From Octopus bimaculoides (lineage: Eukaryota): 64,000 nucleotides of DNA. This document shows, piece after piece, positions 28,210 to 42,017 of the stretch. The DNA is taken from the NCBI RefSeq assembly GCF_001194135.2, contig NC_069001.1, forward strand, positions 22,437,613 through 22,501,612, given 5' to 3'. The notes below the pieces were generated by a model. It was not told where the DNA came from and did no database searches. It saw only the letters and a program-made list of their open reading frames with translations. The position numbers and the translations under genes were made by a program. How positions within the stretch are numbered: the stretch's first letter is position 1; each line of letters begins with the position of its first letter.

Positions 28210-28352
28210 CTATACATATCCTATTACATTTTGTACAATTTCTGCTATATCTGCATTTCTGAAGTTCTTCCACTTGATGTTGATGTCGAATGCATGTTCT
28301 TTCAAATACTGGAGTAATAGGTAATCTTCATCGCCTTCCTCCTTTCTATATG
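28210..28352 (-). pseudogene. Possible terminal exon with BESS-like motif of a decayed spliced gene
   Basis: Pyrimidine-rich acceptor (AG at 28353-28354) then YRKEEGDEDYLLLQYLKEHAFDINIKWKNFRNADIAEIVQNVIGYV*; in-phase GT donor at 28449. Domain similarity judged by eye only. Confidence 0.3.
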
Positions 28353-30547
28353 CTTAAAGTAAAAGAAAGAAAGACTGAAATAACATCTGCAATGTCTAAA
28401 TAGTACTTAGGAACGATGTTTAGGTTTACTTGGTAACAGTAACATTTACGTTGTACATAATTGCTTCATCTTTGCATGACTGAATCACGGAACAAACATT
28501 TGCATTCTACATATGCAGTTACTTTGGTTCATTTAAATGGTTTCATTGTTAAATCATCCCTATTAGTGGTACAGTTCTGATTTTTAGATTATTTCTATTA
28601 AGAAGTTTTCTCTTTTGCTAGAAGTTTTCTCTATGTAAGTTAGGCTTCGATGTTTCAGTAATGTTCCACCGAATATTTGGGTGAGTAACGAGATTTGGGC
28701 AAGATGCAGTTACTGTGTCTCTTTTTATTATTAGATGTTGGAGATTAAGCGAAAATATGAACGTATATTTTGAATCCACTCTCGTTAAAGGGGTAATTTT
28801 TGAACAAGTCGAAGCGTCAAATATTTCTTAAACAATAACAAAACTGAGATTCTTTTGATTTTTCAGGTAATGTCTTTGAAAATTATGGTAGGACAAAAAT
28901 CAACAGTCAATTCTTAAAAATTATGGTAGGACTGTTAAAAGTGAACGAAATAGAAAATATCGACCGTATATCTATAATGTTAATGGTAATTTTAATTTTG
29001 AATGATTCCGAGGCTTTCATTGCCCTCCCTCTCTCTTTCTTCACTTCTTTTCCTACTGTTAAAAAAAGATTAAAAAAAAAAGAAACTCGGTTTGATATAT
29101 ATAATTCCTAAATGTTTTAATTGAACATTGACCATGTATAATAGTTTCATGATCCCAAGTTGCGTTGCATTGATAAGCTCCAATGAGTGCGAAATAAAGT
29201 TATCTTCAGCTACTAGTACATCCAAAACAAGAGAAAAATGAATTATATGGAAATATTCTTTCATATGTCCTCTCACACATTAAAAAAAAAACATCGCATA
29301 ATAATAGAGCAAAATAATAAAATAATAATAAATAAATAAAACCCTGAACGATTCCTTCCCCTTGAGGGAAATTTCTCCCTCTCTTCTATTTCTTAGCAAA
29401 CTCTTTTCTCTCTATCTCTTACTCTGAAAGCAACTGTAGATGGCACCACCAGCGGTCACCAGTCAAATTTCACACGTGTGTATATAATAATATAGTTTTT
29501 CATTAAGTTTGCTTGTATTTGATTGCAATTGTTTTGAGTATAACAAATAAACTGCAGTTTAGTTAGTGGTGACAGATACATTTAAACCAAATTATTGCAT
29601 CTGATAATTAGTTTATGCCAATTCACACGTTGGGATATAGATATACTAGTATCTTTGTATATACATGTAGCTGCGGCTGTAGTGGCCAGATTCTATGATA
29701 GTGCTTCAACAATTTATATAAACCTCTAAGATCACACTTTTCTGTACAGATAAACGACGAATAAACCACTTAGGTCAGAATTTAATAGACCCGGCGGAAT
29801 TTAGTGGTGCGCACACACATGCACATCACTAAATTGTGTCACTTTTGATCATAGGAATGGACGGAGAATATAGGTAGTGGCGAAAAAGCGGGGGAAATGG
29901 TGCTCTTTTTAAAAATGAAGCCCCTTGTAATATATGTATTTCATCAAATTACAGCTATTCACTTGTTTTTATCTCCTTCAGAAATGCAGGGAAAAGGGAA
30001 CAGAGTACTGGAAAGCTGTAACTAACGACGCTATAGTTCATGAATCGGAATAAAAATATGTAATTAAGAAATACATTGATGTTTGCACACTTCTATTTGC
30101 TTGCTTACACACATGCTTGAATTTTTACATGTATATTCATTATAACTGCCAAAAATACTAAACTCAAACATTAAATTGTATAATCACACTAAAACTCACA
30201 TACTAACTCGCATAGTTAAACAAACACGCATATTAGCATACTTTGATAGTCATTCAAATTGGCCACAAACGCACATACTTACTTCCATACACATAGAAGC
30301 TCACAGAAACTCACATATAACTCATACAACCTCAAAGATACTCATGTATTTTTATACTGACATACAACTATCAAAATCGAAATATTAAAGCTTGAAATTG
30401 TTGCTTAGCAACGTTCAGTTTATAACATAATGAACCATTAAAATTACAATTCTGCGCACTTCTCTCGAGAATTAATAACAATTTTAGAGGGAAGTATACA
30501 AGTTTGATAAAAGTGTGAGGGGCCCTAATATTAATATATATTGGAAA

Positions 30548-30589
30548 TAGATTTATTATCATCATCATCATCATCATCATTATTATTAC

Positions 30590-30649
<60 letters not shown>

Positions 30650-32291
30650 AAAAAGTCATCCAATTTATCTTCTTGTACTACTTGCTCTTGTTTTCCTTTT
30701 GTGGTCGTATTTTCAGTTTTTCCTCATATATTCTTTTTCTTCTTATGATAAGAATAATAATAATAATAATTATTATTATTATTATTATTATTATTGTTAT
30801 GGTTATTAATATTATCACCATCATCATCGTTGTCATCATCATCATCAATACTGATGTTTCTTTTATTAATTACAAGTTTTAAAAGTACTTTTTTCATATN
30901 NNNNNNNNNNNNNNNNNNNNNNNNNNNNNNNNNNNNNNNNNNNNNNNNNNNNNNNNNNNNNNNNNNNNNNNNNNNNNNNNNNNNNNNNNNNNNNNNNNNN
31001 NNNNNNNNNNNNNNNNNNNNNNNNNNNNNNNNNNNNNNNNNNNNNNNNNNNNNNNNNNNNNNNNNNNNNNNNNNNNNNNNNNNNNNNNNNNNNNNNNNNN
31101 NNNNNNNNNNNNNNNNNNNNNNNNNNNNNNNNNNNNNNNNNNNNNNNNNNNNNNNNNNNNNNNNNNNNNNNNNNNNNNNNNNNNNNNNNNNNNNNNNNNN
31201 NNNNNNNNNNNNNNNNNNNNNNNNNNNNNNNNNNNNNNNNNNNNNNNNNNNNNNNNNNNNNNNNNNNNNNNNNNNNNNNNNNNNNNNNNNNNNNNNNNNN
31301 NNNNNNNNNNNNNNNNNNNNNNNNNNNNNNNNNNNNNNNNNNNNNNNNNNNNNNNNNNNNNNNNNNNNNNNNNNNNNNNNNNNNNNNNNNNNNNNNNNNN
31401 NNNNNNNNNNNNNNNNNNNNNNNNNNNNNNNNNNNNNNNNNNNNNNNNNNNNNNNNNNNNNNNNNNNNNNNNNNNNNNNNNNNNNNNNNNNNNNNNNNNN
31501 NNNNNNNNNNNNNNNATATATATATATATATATATATATACATATGTATATATATGTATACATATATGTTTGTGCGTGTTTTATGTTATTGAATATGTTA
31601 TATATTCTATATTAGAAGTATTTTTCTTTTGTGCAATCATTGTTTTATTTTGAAAAGTGCATTGTGTCGTAAAAGGATCAAAGGCAATTCTAGAACAAAG
31701 TATTTCATCACAGACAATAAAAGTTCATTGGAAGATTCGGGGAAAAATCGCGATATTAACATGTTGCAAAGCTGTTCTGAGAGAGGGAACTAACTCTGAA
31801 AGTTTCCACAAAAGTTTTTATATATATGACATCCCATGCTGATCTCTCTTACAAGATCAGAACATTCGAAAATGTTGAACTATGAACCAAAACTTTGGCT
31901 CTTAGGCAAAGATTTTCCATTTGAAGTGGTCTGTGAATATTGTTTTCTATTGTCAGAGATTGGCTGACAATGTAAACCCCCCTACAAAATGGCCGGAGAA
32001 ATATCTCTCGTCAGAAACCATTGTATAAAATAAAATCGTAGTGAATACAACGTTGTGCTACTGTCACCGCCACCACCGCTGCAGCCACCACCGCCATTGC
32101 TACCACCAATACCATGACCAAAAACAGAAATAGTTAAATACACCACCAGCAGCAGCAGCACCACCACCACCACCACAACCACCACCACAAAAATTTGCAT
32201 TACTGATGCTGCCAGAGCTACAAACAAACATTTTCACTATGTGTCTACCAAACGATCACCATGGTCATCATTATCATATCGTCGTCATCAG

Positions 32292-32327
<36 letters not shown>

Positions 32328-33163
32328 TATCATCACTCTCATCATCGCCATCATCACCATCAACGTTGTTGTCATCATTTTCATCGTTGTCGTTAGCATC
32401 ATCATCATCATCATCATTGTCCCCATCATTACCATCGTGATCATGATCATATTCATGATCATAATCACCACCACCACCACCACCATCAGCACGGTCATCA
32501 TCAACATCATCATTATCATTACTTCACCAGCAGCAGCAGCACCACCACCGCCACTATCATCATCATTATCGTCATCATCACTTTCTCTACTAACACCACC
32601 ACTGCTATCATCATCNNNNNNNNNNNNNNNNNNNNNNNNNNNNNNNNNNNNNNNNNNNNNNNNNNNNNNNNNNNNNNNNNNNNNNNNNNNNNNNNNNNNN
32701 NNNNNNNNNNNNNNNNNNNNNNNNNNNNNNNNNNNNNNNNNNNNNNNNNNNNNNNNNNNNNNNNNNNNNNNNNNNNNNNNNNNNNNNNNNNNNNNNNNNN
32801 NNNNNNNNNNNNNNNNNNNNNNNNNNNNNNNNNNNNNNNNNNNNNNNNNNNNNNNNNNNNNNNNNNNNNNNNNNNNNNNNNNNNNNNNNNNNNNNNNNNN
32901 NNNNNNNNNNNNNNNNNNNNNNNNNNNNNNNNNNNNNNNNNNNNNNNNNNNNNNNNNNNNNNNNNNNNNNNNNNNNNNNNNNNNNNNNNNNNNNNNNNNN
33001 NNNNNNNNNNNNNNNNNNNNNNNNNNNNNNNNNNNNNNNNNNNNNNNNNNNNNNNNNNNNNNNNNNNNNNNNNNNNNNNNNNNNNNNNNNNNNNNNNNNN
33101 NNNNNNNNNNNNNNNNNTATATATATATACACATATATGCATGCATGTATATATATATTTTTG

Positions 33164-33209
<46 letters not shown>

Positions 33210-34351
33210 TTTTTGTATAAATATATGTGTATATATTTACGTATCTATTTATATAGTTATTTTGCTATTTGTATATATATACATTTAAATATATGCGTCA
33301 CGCATACGTATAGATATATAAGTATATGTATATGTATGCTTTCATGCATGCATACATACATCTGCATATATATACATATACAACACACTCACACTCGCAC
33401 ACACACACACACACACGTACTAAAATATAAGTTAATCTGACTCATACGCACACATACATATAGACACGTAGTCATACTCATATCTCTATATAGATGAATT
33501 CAGACATTTATAATTCAATGCAAGTCAATGTTGAGGCTTATTGTTAAAAGGGTAACATACTTATATAGTAAATATATAAAACAAACTCTGTGTGTGTGTG
33601 TCTGTGTGTGCCTGTGTTTGTGTGTCTGTGTGTGTGTGTTAGTTGGTGCAATAGATGTGAAATAAATGGATGGATACTTTGGGTATTGATAAATAATCTT
33701 TCTCTCGCTCTTCCTCTTACATACAAAAACACACAATTACAGACATATAATGTCTAAATGTTTTGTAAGAAAATTGCTTCCTAATTGAGTTTGTATTCAA
33801 TGCTAGGTTTACAGTTTTAGATTTTGGTTTTGCTGATGCCTTAACTGTATCTTTTGTTTGGGATATCAACACTATTGTATTCTAAAAGAGATGGAAGAAT
33901 GGTTTTGTTGTTGTTGGCATGCTGATTCTGGTGTGTTTAATTTCGGACAACAAAACGACAGAGAACTGTGTATGAAAATAAAAATATAGAAAATAACTGA
34001 ATAAATAAAACTAAAATAACAATATAGCTTGTGTGTGTGTGTGTTTGTATGGCTGTGTGGGGGGGGGGAGGGAGGCTGTGTGTGTGTGTGCGGCTGTGTG
34101 GCCGTCTGCATGCGTTTGTATTTTTTTTTATAAACAGTTGAAAGGAGAATGATATATGTGACTAAGAAAAAAATCAATAATGGCAAAGAGAATAATGAGA
34201 TAGATAGACAGACAGACAGATAGATAGATAGGGAGAGAGAGTGACAGACAGACAGAGAAAGAGAGAGGGTGGAAGAGGAGAGAGACGAGAGAGAGCGACA
34301 GATAGACTGACAGAGATAGGCAGATAGATAGATAGATAGATAGGTAGATAA

Positions 34352-34403
<52 letters not shown>

Positions 34404-34530
34404 GTAGATAGATAGATAGACTGAGAGAGAGTTTAAGAGAGAGTGAGAGAGAAAGAGCTCTAAAGATTTAATATAAACGAGAGAAGGAAGTAAAGATTGA
34501 TGATTAGGAGACTGATAATGAAATATAAAG

Positions 34531-34582
<52 letters not shown>

Positions 34583-34639
34583 NNNNNNNNNNNNNNNNNN
34601 NNNNNNNNNNNNNNNNNNNNNNNNNNNNNNNNNNNNNNN

Positions 34640-34685
<46 letters not shown>

Positions 34686-34700
34686 GAGAGATAGAGATTA
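30548..34700. repeat. Microsatellite/low-complexity block: (ATC)n, (ATT)n, (CAC)n, (TA)n, (GATA)n, (GA)n, with three assembly gaps
   Basis: Directly visible; the source of the homopolymer ORFs in the ORF track. Confidence 0.95.
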
Positions 34701-35082
34701 GGAGGTGAATATGTAAAATAAGGTATAGAGGAGAAGAATGATTAAGTTATATTGTTGAAATTGTTCAGGCAAGACTTGTGTGAAATGTGGGAACTAAAAT
34801 TATATTTGAAGAAAAAGTTTATGAAAGAGATGTAGAAGTGCAGGAAAGAGTATTAATGGCTGTGTTTGTGCATGTGTGAGAAAGAGAGAAGAAGTGAGAG
34901 AGAGGATGGAGAGAGGGAGAGAGAGAGAAGAATAGGAGGGATATGAAAGAGTAAGAGAAGTGTAACACTTACTGTCTAGAAATTAGGAAGAGAGGCAGAA
35001 ACTATTATGCAGAGAATGAGAGGGAAGAGCAAAATATGGCGTGAAGAGAAGAAAGACTGTGCGAGAAGCGAAACTTAATGTC

Positions 35083-35308
35083 TAACTCTTTAGCATTTGA
35101 ACCAACCATGTCTGGCCTAAATATTCTGCCTGTCTTATGTTCACACCAGTGAGATCCAGCCTCTCACACTTATTCTACAATGTCATTTTAAAAATAAACA
35201 GTCACATCATAAAAATCTTGGTACTGTGAAACGATGCGTGGTTAATTCAAAACAAATAAGCAAAAATGCGTTGCATGCGACACAGTAATCTGAATGTTAA
35301 AGAGCGAA
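35083..35308. mobile_element. piggyBac-type MITE (second, truncated copy at ~52956-53115)
   Basis: Ends AACTCTTTAGCATT / AATGTTAAAGAG; the homologue at 52956 begins TTAACCCTTTAGCATT. Confidence 0.6.
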
Positions 35309-38300
35309 AGAAAGAAACATAGCACTTAATATCCAGGACAACAGGGCGAGAGGTAAACTAAAGAAAGAGGCTAAAACTTTATGTTTGAAGAGGTAACGTT
35401 TTTGTTGCAGACTAAGAGAGAATGATACCTGAAATGCATGAGTAAAATGTTCCGATTAAAAGAAAGACATGGATGGCTATCTTGTCTGTTATATCAAGCA
35501 TAGCGCGTCTAGGGCTACACTATTTAGCGTTCCTTTATTTAAGATTATCATTTACGTTAGGCGGCTATTTCTAACTAGCGAAATGTCCAAGTACACGTTC
35601 AGTAATTGGCTCATTTGTTTTGCTTTTTCTTTTATAAGTATAAATATAAATATACTTTCTACTAAAGGCACAAGGCCTGAAATTTGGGGGTGGGGTGGGG
35701 GTAAGTGGATTGCATTGATCCCAGTGTTTCATAGGTACTTAATTTATTGACCTCGAAATGAAGAAAGGCAAAGTCAACATTGGCAGAATTTGAACTCAGA
35801 ACGTAAGGGAGGATAAAATGCCGCTCAGAGTTTTGCTTGGCATTCTAACGATTTTGCCTGCTTTCTACCTTCATAAATATAAATAATAAGATGAAATGAT
35901 GTTTTCCAATTTTAAAGACGTAGGTTAATCAATGACATTGACACTAGAATGCAATTGGTACTTATTTCATAGATCCTGAAAGAATGTAGACCAAAGCAGA
36001 TCTTAGAGGAATGTAATGAGTCAGAAGCTTCTCGGTATTTTGTTCAACACTCTTATGGTTCTGCCAGTTCACACTGCCTTTGATGTGCTAACAGTTCTGC
36101 CAAATAAAGAACGGAATAACGCTAATAATCCGTTCAGTATTAGCAAAAAGAACTCAAAGAAGTACAAAAAAAAGTACAATTGACAAAGAAATTCTAATGA
36201 GTCAACTTACAAGAAGATGGGGGATACACACAATTTATACAGAGGCAAGAAATGGGATAAAAACAAGGCACAAGATATAATTAAAGGAAATGGAAGTAGC
36301 TAATATTTACAGAGAATAAGTTTTTAAAAATGTATGACAAAACACTATAGATGCATTCTCCACATTATGGATTTCTCTGCTTATGGAATATAATGCTTAT
36401 GGAAATTGTAAAGTATGGCCACTAATTTCACTCATATGGAAACTTGCATAAATTTTGACAATTTAGCAACTATACATTCCTTTTAACTAAAAGGCCACCA
36501 CTTGGTGTTTTAGCCTCTCCAGAATCATGTTTCTGTATTGTGTCACAAAGGTAAATTACCTACCAGAGGTTGGCATCGTTTCTGATGTCCCTAGCAGTGA
36601 CTTTTGTGCTCCTTCCTCACAGACAGTGTGGACCCACTTTATAGACACTATTTTAGACGATGAAAGGCAACATATATGTTATCATATGTTCTCTCTCTTC
36701 TAGTAAATGATTTTTCACCTAGAATATCTGCTTCATTTGATTCCAAATATCAGTTATTTGGATGAGAAAAGCTGCAGTGGCTTTGATGAAGCACAGTTAA
36801 GTTACATTTCTTCTCTCACATGTCTCTCTAAAGGATTGTAATAGATTGGCACGACGTGTGTTGTGGACAAAGCACTACTAATATCTCGTTCTTTCAGCAA
36901 AATGTTCCATACTGAGAGTCTGTTGCTGAAAGGCTTTTTTGAGGAATACATTTTCATTACTCATATTCAAGTTTGATATAGCTTATGTATATTTACTGTA
37001 AATATTTATATTTACAGTAATTATTGTTGTTGTTGTTGTTGTTGTTGTTACTCTTGCTAAACGTGTTGCTTTTATTCTGTATTTTTATGTTTGGGTGTTC
37101 CTTTTGTGACTTCTGTCATTTATTTAGTTGTCCATTCATTAATATATTTTACCTCCTCAAGGCGTACAGACGTACCTCAGTCTGATCCATTCATAATTTC
37201 TTCTTACAGCTTTTTAACATATCTTTGCTGAGGCATTAACTATTTTTCAGTTAGATGGACCAAAAATGTCACTACCTGAACATTATAATTTTCTTCTGAT
37301 GCTATCAGCCAACGTTACATATTCCTATGGAAACCTTAACATTTCCCTTACCGAAACATTTTATCTTCCTTCTTTTATGATATTCTAACATATCACTGCT
37401 TGAATCAGATATTTCTTCTTCATGAAAAACATTATATATCTGTGCTTGAACTATTCAATATGCCTTTTTATATTCTTGCATATTAAGATACCATAATGTT
37501 TTCTGTGTACAGAACACCCATTTGTTTTCTTTCATTTTTTATTTCTCATTTTAATATTTTGAAAACTGATTGAGTTTAATATTCTTTTAATGTCTGCTAT
37601 TGACACATTAAATGAATTATAATTTGTTATGTTTAACTTTTACATGAATCAGATCTGACTTAGTCAGTAGACTGCAAAGTTTAATATTTGTATCTCTTGT
37701 AGTGTGCACTTTACGCAAATAAAACACTGAACTCTTTCTTCACCAATCAACTTACTATATAAATTTTACCATGAAGTGATTTAGATGAGTGCGACAAATA
37801 ATCAGAATATGACAATATCTATGAGTTTTGGCTGCCTGCAAATTCTCAATGGCTGTTGTTGTTTATTTCTTGGTCAACTCTGAATGAGCCAGCATATGAT
37901 CAGAATGTTCTAGCCATGACCCTCCCATTGATTTTTATATCCTGAACTACATTGTCCAATGTGTTTTTTTTTCTTTTTAGGACAATATGAAGAGAATAAA
38001 AGAAAATTGGTTGCTATTTCTTAGCAGGACAGTGGCCTTGATGAAACAGTAAATGAAGGTCTCTGTGACATTGATTTTCTCTTGATGGCTATGACATCAA
38101 CATCAATTGATGACCAGACAATCCAATAAATCAGAAAATGGATTATGTATTGAATGACATATGCAAATATTTTTCAAACTACAGAAATTTGCCTTTATAT
38201 CGAGAAAAAAAAAAGAGCACTGCTGTTAATTGTTAGAGACTTTGAAAGGAAAATGTGAAACAGAATAATTTCAATAAAGGAAATATCATTTTCAGAAAAA

Positions 38301-39831
38301 TTAGTTTTTGCGCTTGGGGGCAAATCAGATTTTTGTTTAGAGGTAAGGTAACAACCACTGCCATGTTTCACTCTTATCACTCCTCATTAACAAAGTACTG
38401 CCAAACTCAACTCTATTTGATCTGTTGGCAAAGATATATACATATACCTACTGAAAAATATCTACAGAGAGTCTTTGTTAAGACATGCATAATTAAAACA
38501 TAGAGTTAAAGAAAATAACTCAAGAAGGAAAATAGTATGAAATTATATAAATCAGTTAAGAATTAGTATGGTGAATGAAGTACCCAAAAGGATTCTTGGT
38601 TAATTAAAATCTACTCTTTATTTCAAGACAGAAAATGAAAACCTAGCAATAATTGCTGGTGACATACAAAGGAAAGAAGAGATAATTTGAAGGAAGTAAG
38701 AATTAATTTCACCTAGCTTATTCACTATCTAATATTAATACGTCAATACTGCACTACTTATGATGGTATATATTCTTACTTTAGTTACTAATCCTGTTAT
38801 CAATAAATTAACTCTTTCAAGAACACAGCTGTTGATAAAATTCAGTAATGTCAACTACCTATAACTATTCTATCTTTATCTTCTAGTATAGAGACATTAA
38901 TCTTTCTTCGTGTCAGCATCTGTTGTTAATACTTTGTCAAGGTTAATATGTGTTTCAAGTTCACTTTATCTTTGTAGTCAAAGAATTACCAGCCCTTTCC
39001 AGCTCACAGCTACTTGCAGTCTTCTGTAATGGCTGTTACATCTGAATATTTTAGTGCTATTTCTATTGTCATTGCTAAACCTTTTAAACTCACAGCTACC
39101 TGCAGCGCATATAATCATAATAATAATAATAACAACAACAATAATAATACTAATACTACTAATAATAATAATAATAATAATACACAACTGTAACAATAAC
39201 CTTTATATATTACTTGTCTGACATTTTTTTTTATTATAGTAGGTGTCTCAATGAAAGCCTGAGAAACTTAGAGTATATAGAATAAAATAATTTGTATCAA
39301 GCTGTTTACAAGTCATTTTGCTACAGTGAGAATTCTAGCTGCTGTCGTCACCTATTTTGACTTTGAAATTTAACAAGATTATAATGATAAATGAGAGTTG
39401 CCAGCTGAAAGGTTGATGGTTTAGATTTTCCCAGTATTGCAGCCTTGGCCAAAAGCATTTATTTTTCACTGGTTCAGTCTACTGAAGTTCAAATATGTAC
39501 CAAAGATTACTACTAATCATGTGTCAGCAGGAGCACTCGCATTTGTACTGAAATTAAATCTTTCATCAATCGAAGATGTCTTATACTGCCAGAGTTCTAC
39601 TTATGTTTCCTTTGTGCAAAACATGACACAAAAAAAAGAAACTTCCTTGTAATCAGTCTCTATGAGTCTCTATGACAAGTATGTGAGATGTGTGAGCATA
39701 AATATCTAAGTCAGTTTAACAGAGCATTCAAGTAAACAGGCAAGTAAAATGTGTTTGAGGGAGCATACAAGTAGATATTGAAACATGTACAAAGGCTGCA
39801 TAGTAGCATCATTAGTGTTGTTAATATATTT

Positions 39832-40280
39832 AAGGCGGCGAGCTGGCAGAAACATTAGCACGCCAGGCGAAATGCTTAGCAGTATTTCGTCTGTCTTTGT
39901 GTTCTGAGTTCAAATTCCGCCGAGGTCGACTTTGCCTTTCATCTTTTTGAGGTTGATAAATTAAGTACCAGTTGCGTACTGGGGTTGATCTCAGCGACCG
40001 GCCCCCTCCCCCAAAATTTCGGGCCTTGTACATTGAGTAGAAAAGAATTACTATATATAAGGCGGCGACAGGCAGAAACATTAGCACACTGGGTGAAATG
40101 TTTAGCGGTATTTCGTCCGTCTTCATGTTCTGAGTTCAAATTCCACCGAGGACAACTTTGCCATTCATCCTTTCAGGGTTGATAAATTAAGTACAAGTTG
40201 CATACTGGGGTCGAAACAATCGACAGACCCCCCCCCCCATCACCAAAATTTCGGACTTTGTACCTAGATTAGAAAAGAAT
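39832..40280 (+). mobile_element. Two tandem tRNA-derived SINEs with Nin/Deu-like domain (octopus OR-like family)
   Basis: Each starts AAGGCGGCGA, has a B-box-like GAGTTCAAATTCC and the core GACTTTGCCTTTCATCCTTT..GATAAATTAAGTAC. Other copies: ~20440-20620(+), 35640-35870(-), 47000-47220(-), 47328-47760(+, dimeric), 47980-48130(-), 50465-50690(+), 60345-60530(+). Confidence 0.85.
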
Positions 40281-40351
40281 TTATATATATATGAGGGTAT
40301 TATTGTTTATAATAATATCAGTGACTTAGCATGCGTAAAAAAAGCCATAAC

Positions 40352-40640
40352 GGTAAAAAATTATCAATTAATAATTAAGGATACGAACAAGCAAATGAAA
40401 AAAAATCCTAGAACCCCGTACCAATTATAAAAATAATCGAAAATTGAAAAGCTAGACGTACCCGTATCAGCGTGATTTCGAACTTTGAGAAAAACAGAGT
40501 TTATCTTCAGCGAGTCAAAATTTGAAATCACGGTGATACGAGTATGTCTAGCTTTTTCAATTTTCGATTATTTTCATCATTGGTATGGGTTTTAGAATTT
40601 CTATTCACTTGTCCACTTTCTAATTGATTGGCCTTTACTA
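40352..40640. repeat. Long imperfect palindrome (foldback MITE-like), arms ~115-135 bp, 26-nt loop
   Basis: 40430-40488 is the near reverse complement of 40515-40574 (AAAATAATCGAAAATTGAAAAGCTAGAC..); weaker pairing extends outward. Confidence 0.9.
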
Positions 40641-40735
40641 TAAGTAGGTTATCTCCCTTGGCTAGGCGGTGCTCCATGTAGACAATTAAACTTCCGCAGA
40701 CTATCCACGCTATTGTTATTGTTTTACGTCTTATC

Positions 40736-41014
40736 ATGGATATAAAGCAGCTCAATGATTCAGCTATCGAAGTATTTACTGTGCCTGAGTTAAAGAAATA
40801 TTTAAGATTATATGGACAGTATGTTACTGGAAGAAAGGCGGACTTGATTGAAAGGTTGAAAGGTATAAAAATTCTGTCAATGAAGAATGTCAACAAAGTA
40901 AATTCATCGGACGATAAGTCTGAAGTATCGGACGATACTTCAGACAGGAATAAGCAGAAGCTTATAACTCCTCTCAGTGAAGTATTGCCTTATCCCAGTC
41001 TGCTTCCAGCATAG
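40736..41014 (+). CDS. SAP-domain ORF (92 aa), probably truncated transposon accessory gene
   Basis: FTVPELKKYLRLYGQYVTGRKADLIERLK matches the SAP consensus (L+V.ELK..L...GL...G.KA.LI.RL). Confidence 0.75.
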   Translation: MDIKQLNDSAIEVFTVPELKKYLRLYGQYVTGRKADLIERLKGIKILSMKNVNKVNSSDDKSEVSDDTSDRNKQKLITPLSEVLPYPSLLPA

Positions 41015-41759
41015 CCTTCAGCAACCATTCACTGATTTGGCCATGAGCATGATGAGGTGTAGAAGAGGTAGGGACAGTCACACTATAAAGTGTAATAATT
41101 AGAGGAATATTAGATTCAATGCTGTAAATTTATTATTTAATCAAACAAACACACACACATATATATATACANNNNNNNNNNNNNNNNNNNNNNNNNNNNN
41201 NNNNNNNNNNNNNNNNNNNNNNNNNNNNNNNNNNNNNNNNNNNNNNNNNNNNNNNNNNNNNNNNNNNNNNNNNNNNNNNNNNNNNNNNNNNNNNNNNNNN
41301 NNNNNNNNNNNNNNNNNNNNNNNNNNNNNNNNNNNNNNNNNNNNNNNNNNNNNNNNNNNNNNNNNNNNNNNNNNNNNNNNNNNNNNNNNNNNNNNNNNNN
41401 NNNNNNNNNNNNNNNNNNNNNNNNNNNNNNNNNNNNNNNNNNNNNNNNNNNNNNNNNNNNNNNNNNNNNNNNNNNNNNNNNNNNNNNNNNNNNNNNNNNN
41501 NNNNNNNNNNNNNNNNNNNNNNNNNNNNNNNNNNNNNNNNNNNNNNNNNNNNNNNNNNNNNNNNNNNNNNNNNNNNNNNNNNNNNNNNNNNNNNNNNNNN
41601 NNNNNNNNNNNNNNNNNNNNNNNNNNNNNNNNNNNNNNNNNNNNNNNNNNNNNNNNNNNNNNNNNNNNNNNNNNNNNNNNNNNNNNNNNNNNNNNNNNNN
41701 NNNNNNNNNNNNNNNNNNNNNNNNNNNNNNNNNNNNNNNNNNNNNNNNNNNNNNNNNNN

Positions 41760-42017
41760 AGATACTTTGTTTGGAAAAACGGATGGCAAGGGGTGATCTT
41801 TCGATGGTCCATTAAAATTGACGAAATGCTGGGAACATATTTGGCTATTTGCAGTGTAAACAAAGTCTTTCCTCACAAGTCTCGATCTCTGAATCCAAAT
41901 AAGACGAATAGCTACGTTTGCAGGATATGTATGTAGTGAAATAACTTTGCCGTCTACATTCTTCCCTCTATAGTGGCTGCATATACAGCAGTATTTGCGT
42001 GATTTCTTCGGAGACAT
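41760..42017 (-). CDS. THAP (C2CH) zinc-finger ORF, runs into assembly gap; probably the transposase N-terminus
   Basis: MSPKKSRKYCCICSHY..SLHTYP.N...R..WI...R..F...ICSQHF...P.PSVF = THAP pattern C-X2-C..P..W..C-S-X-H-F..P.P. Confidence 0.85.

Noticed and set aside
29700-30060. CpG-containing promoter-like stretch
   Set aside because: No associated ORF or diagnostic motif; cannot be supported from sequence alone.
32050-32615. Poly-Thr/His/Ile ORFs
   Set aside because: Mixed (CAC)/(CAT)/(CAG) low-complexity repeat, open in several frames for compositional reasons.
37150-37500. Possible piggyBac transposase N-terminal remnant (minus)
   Set aside because: Only vague resemblance (GP..; VRLYA); no catalytic motif or TIR.
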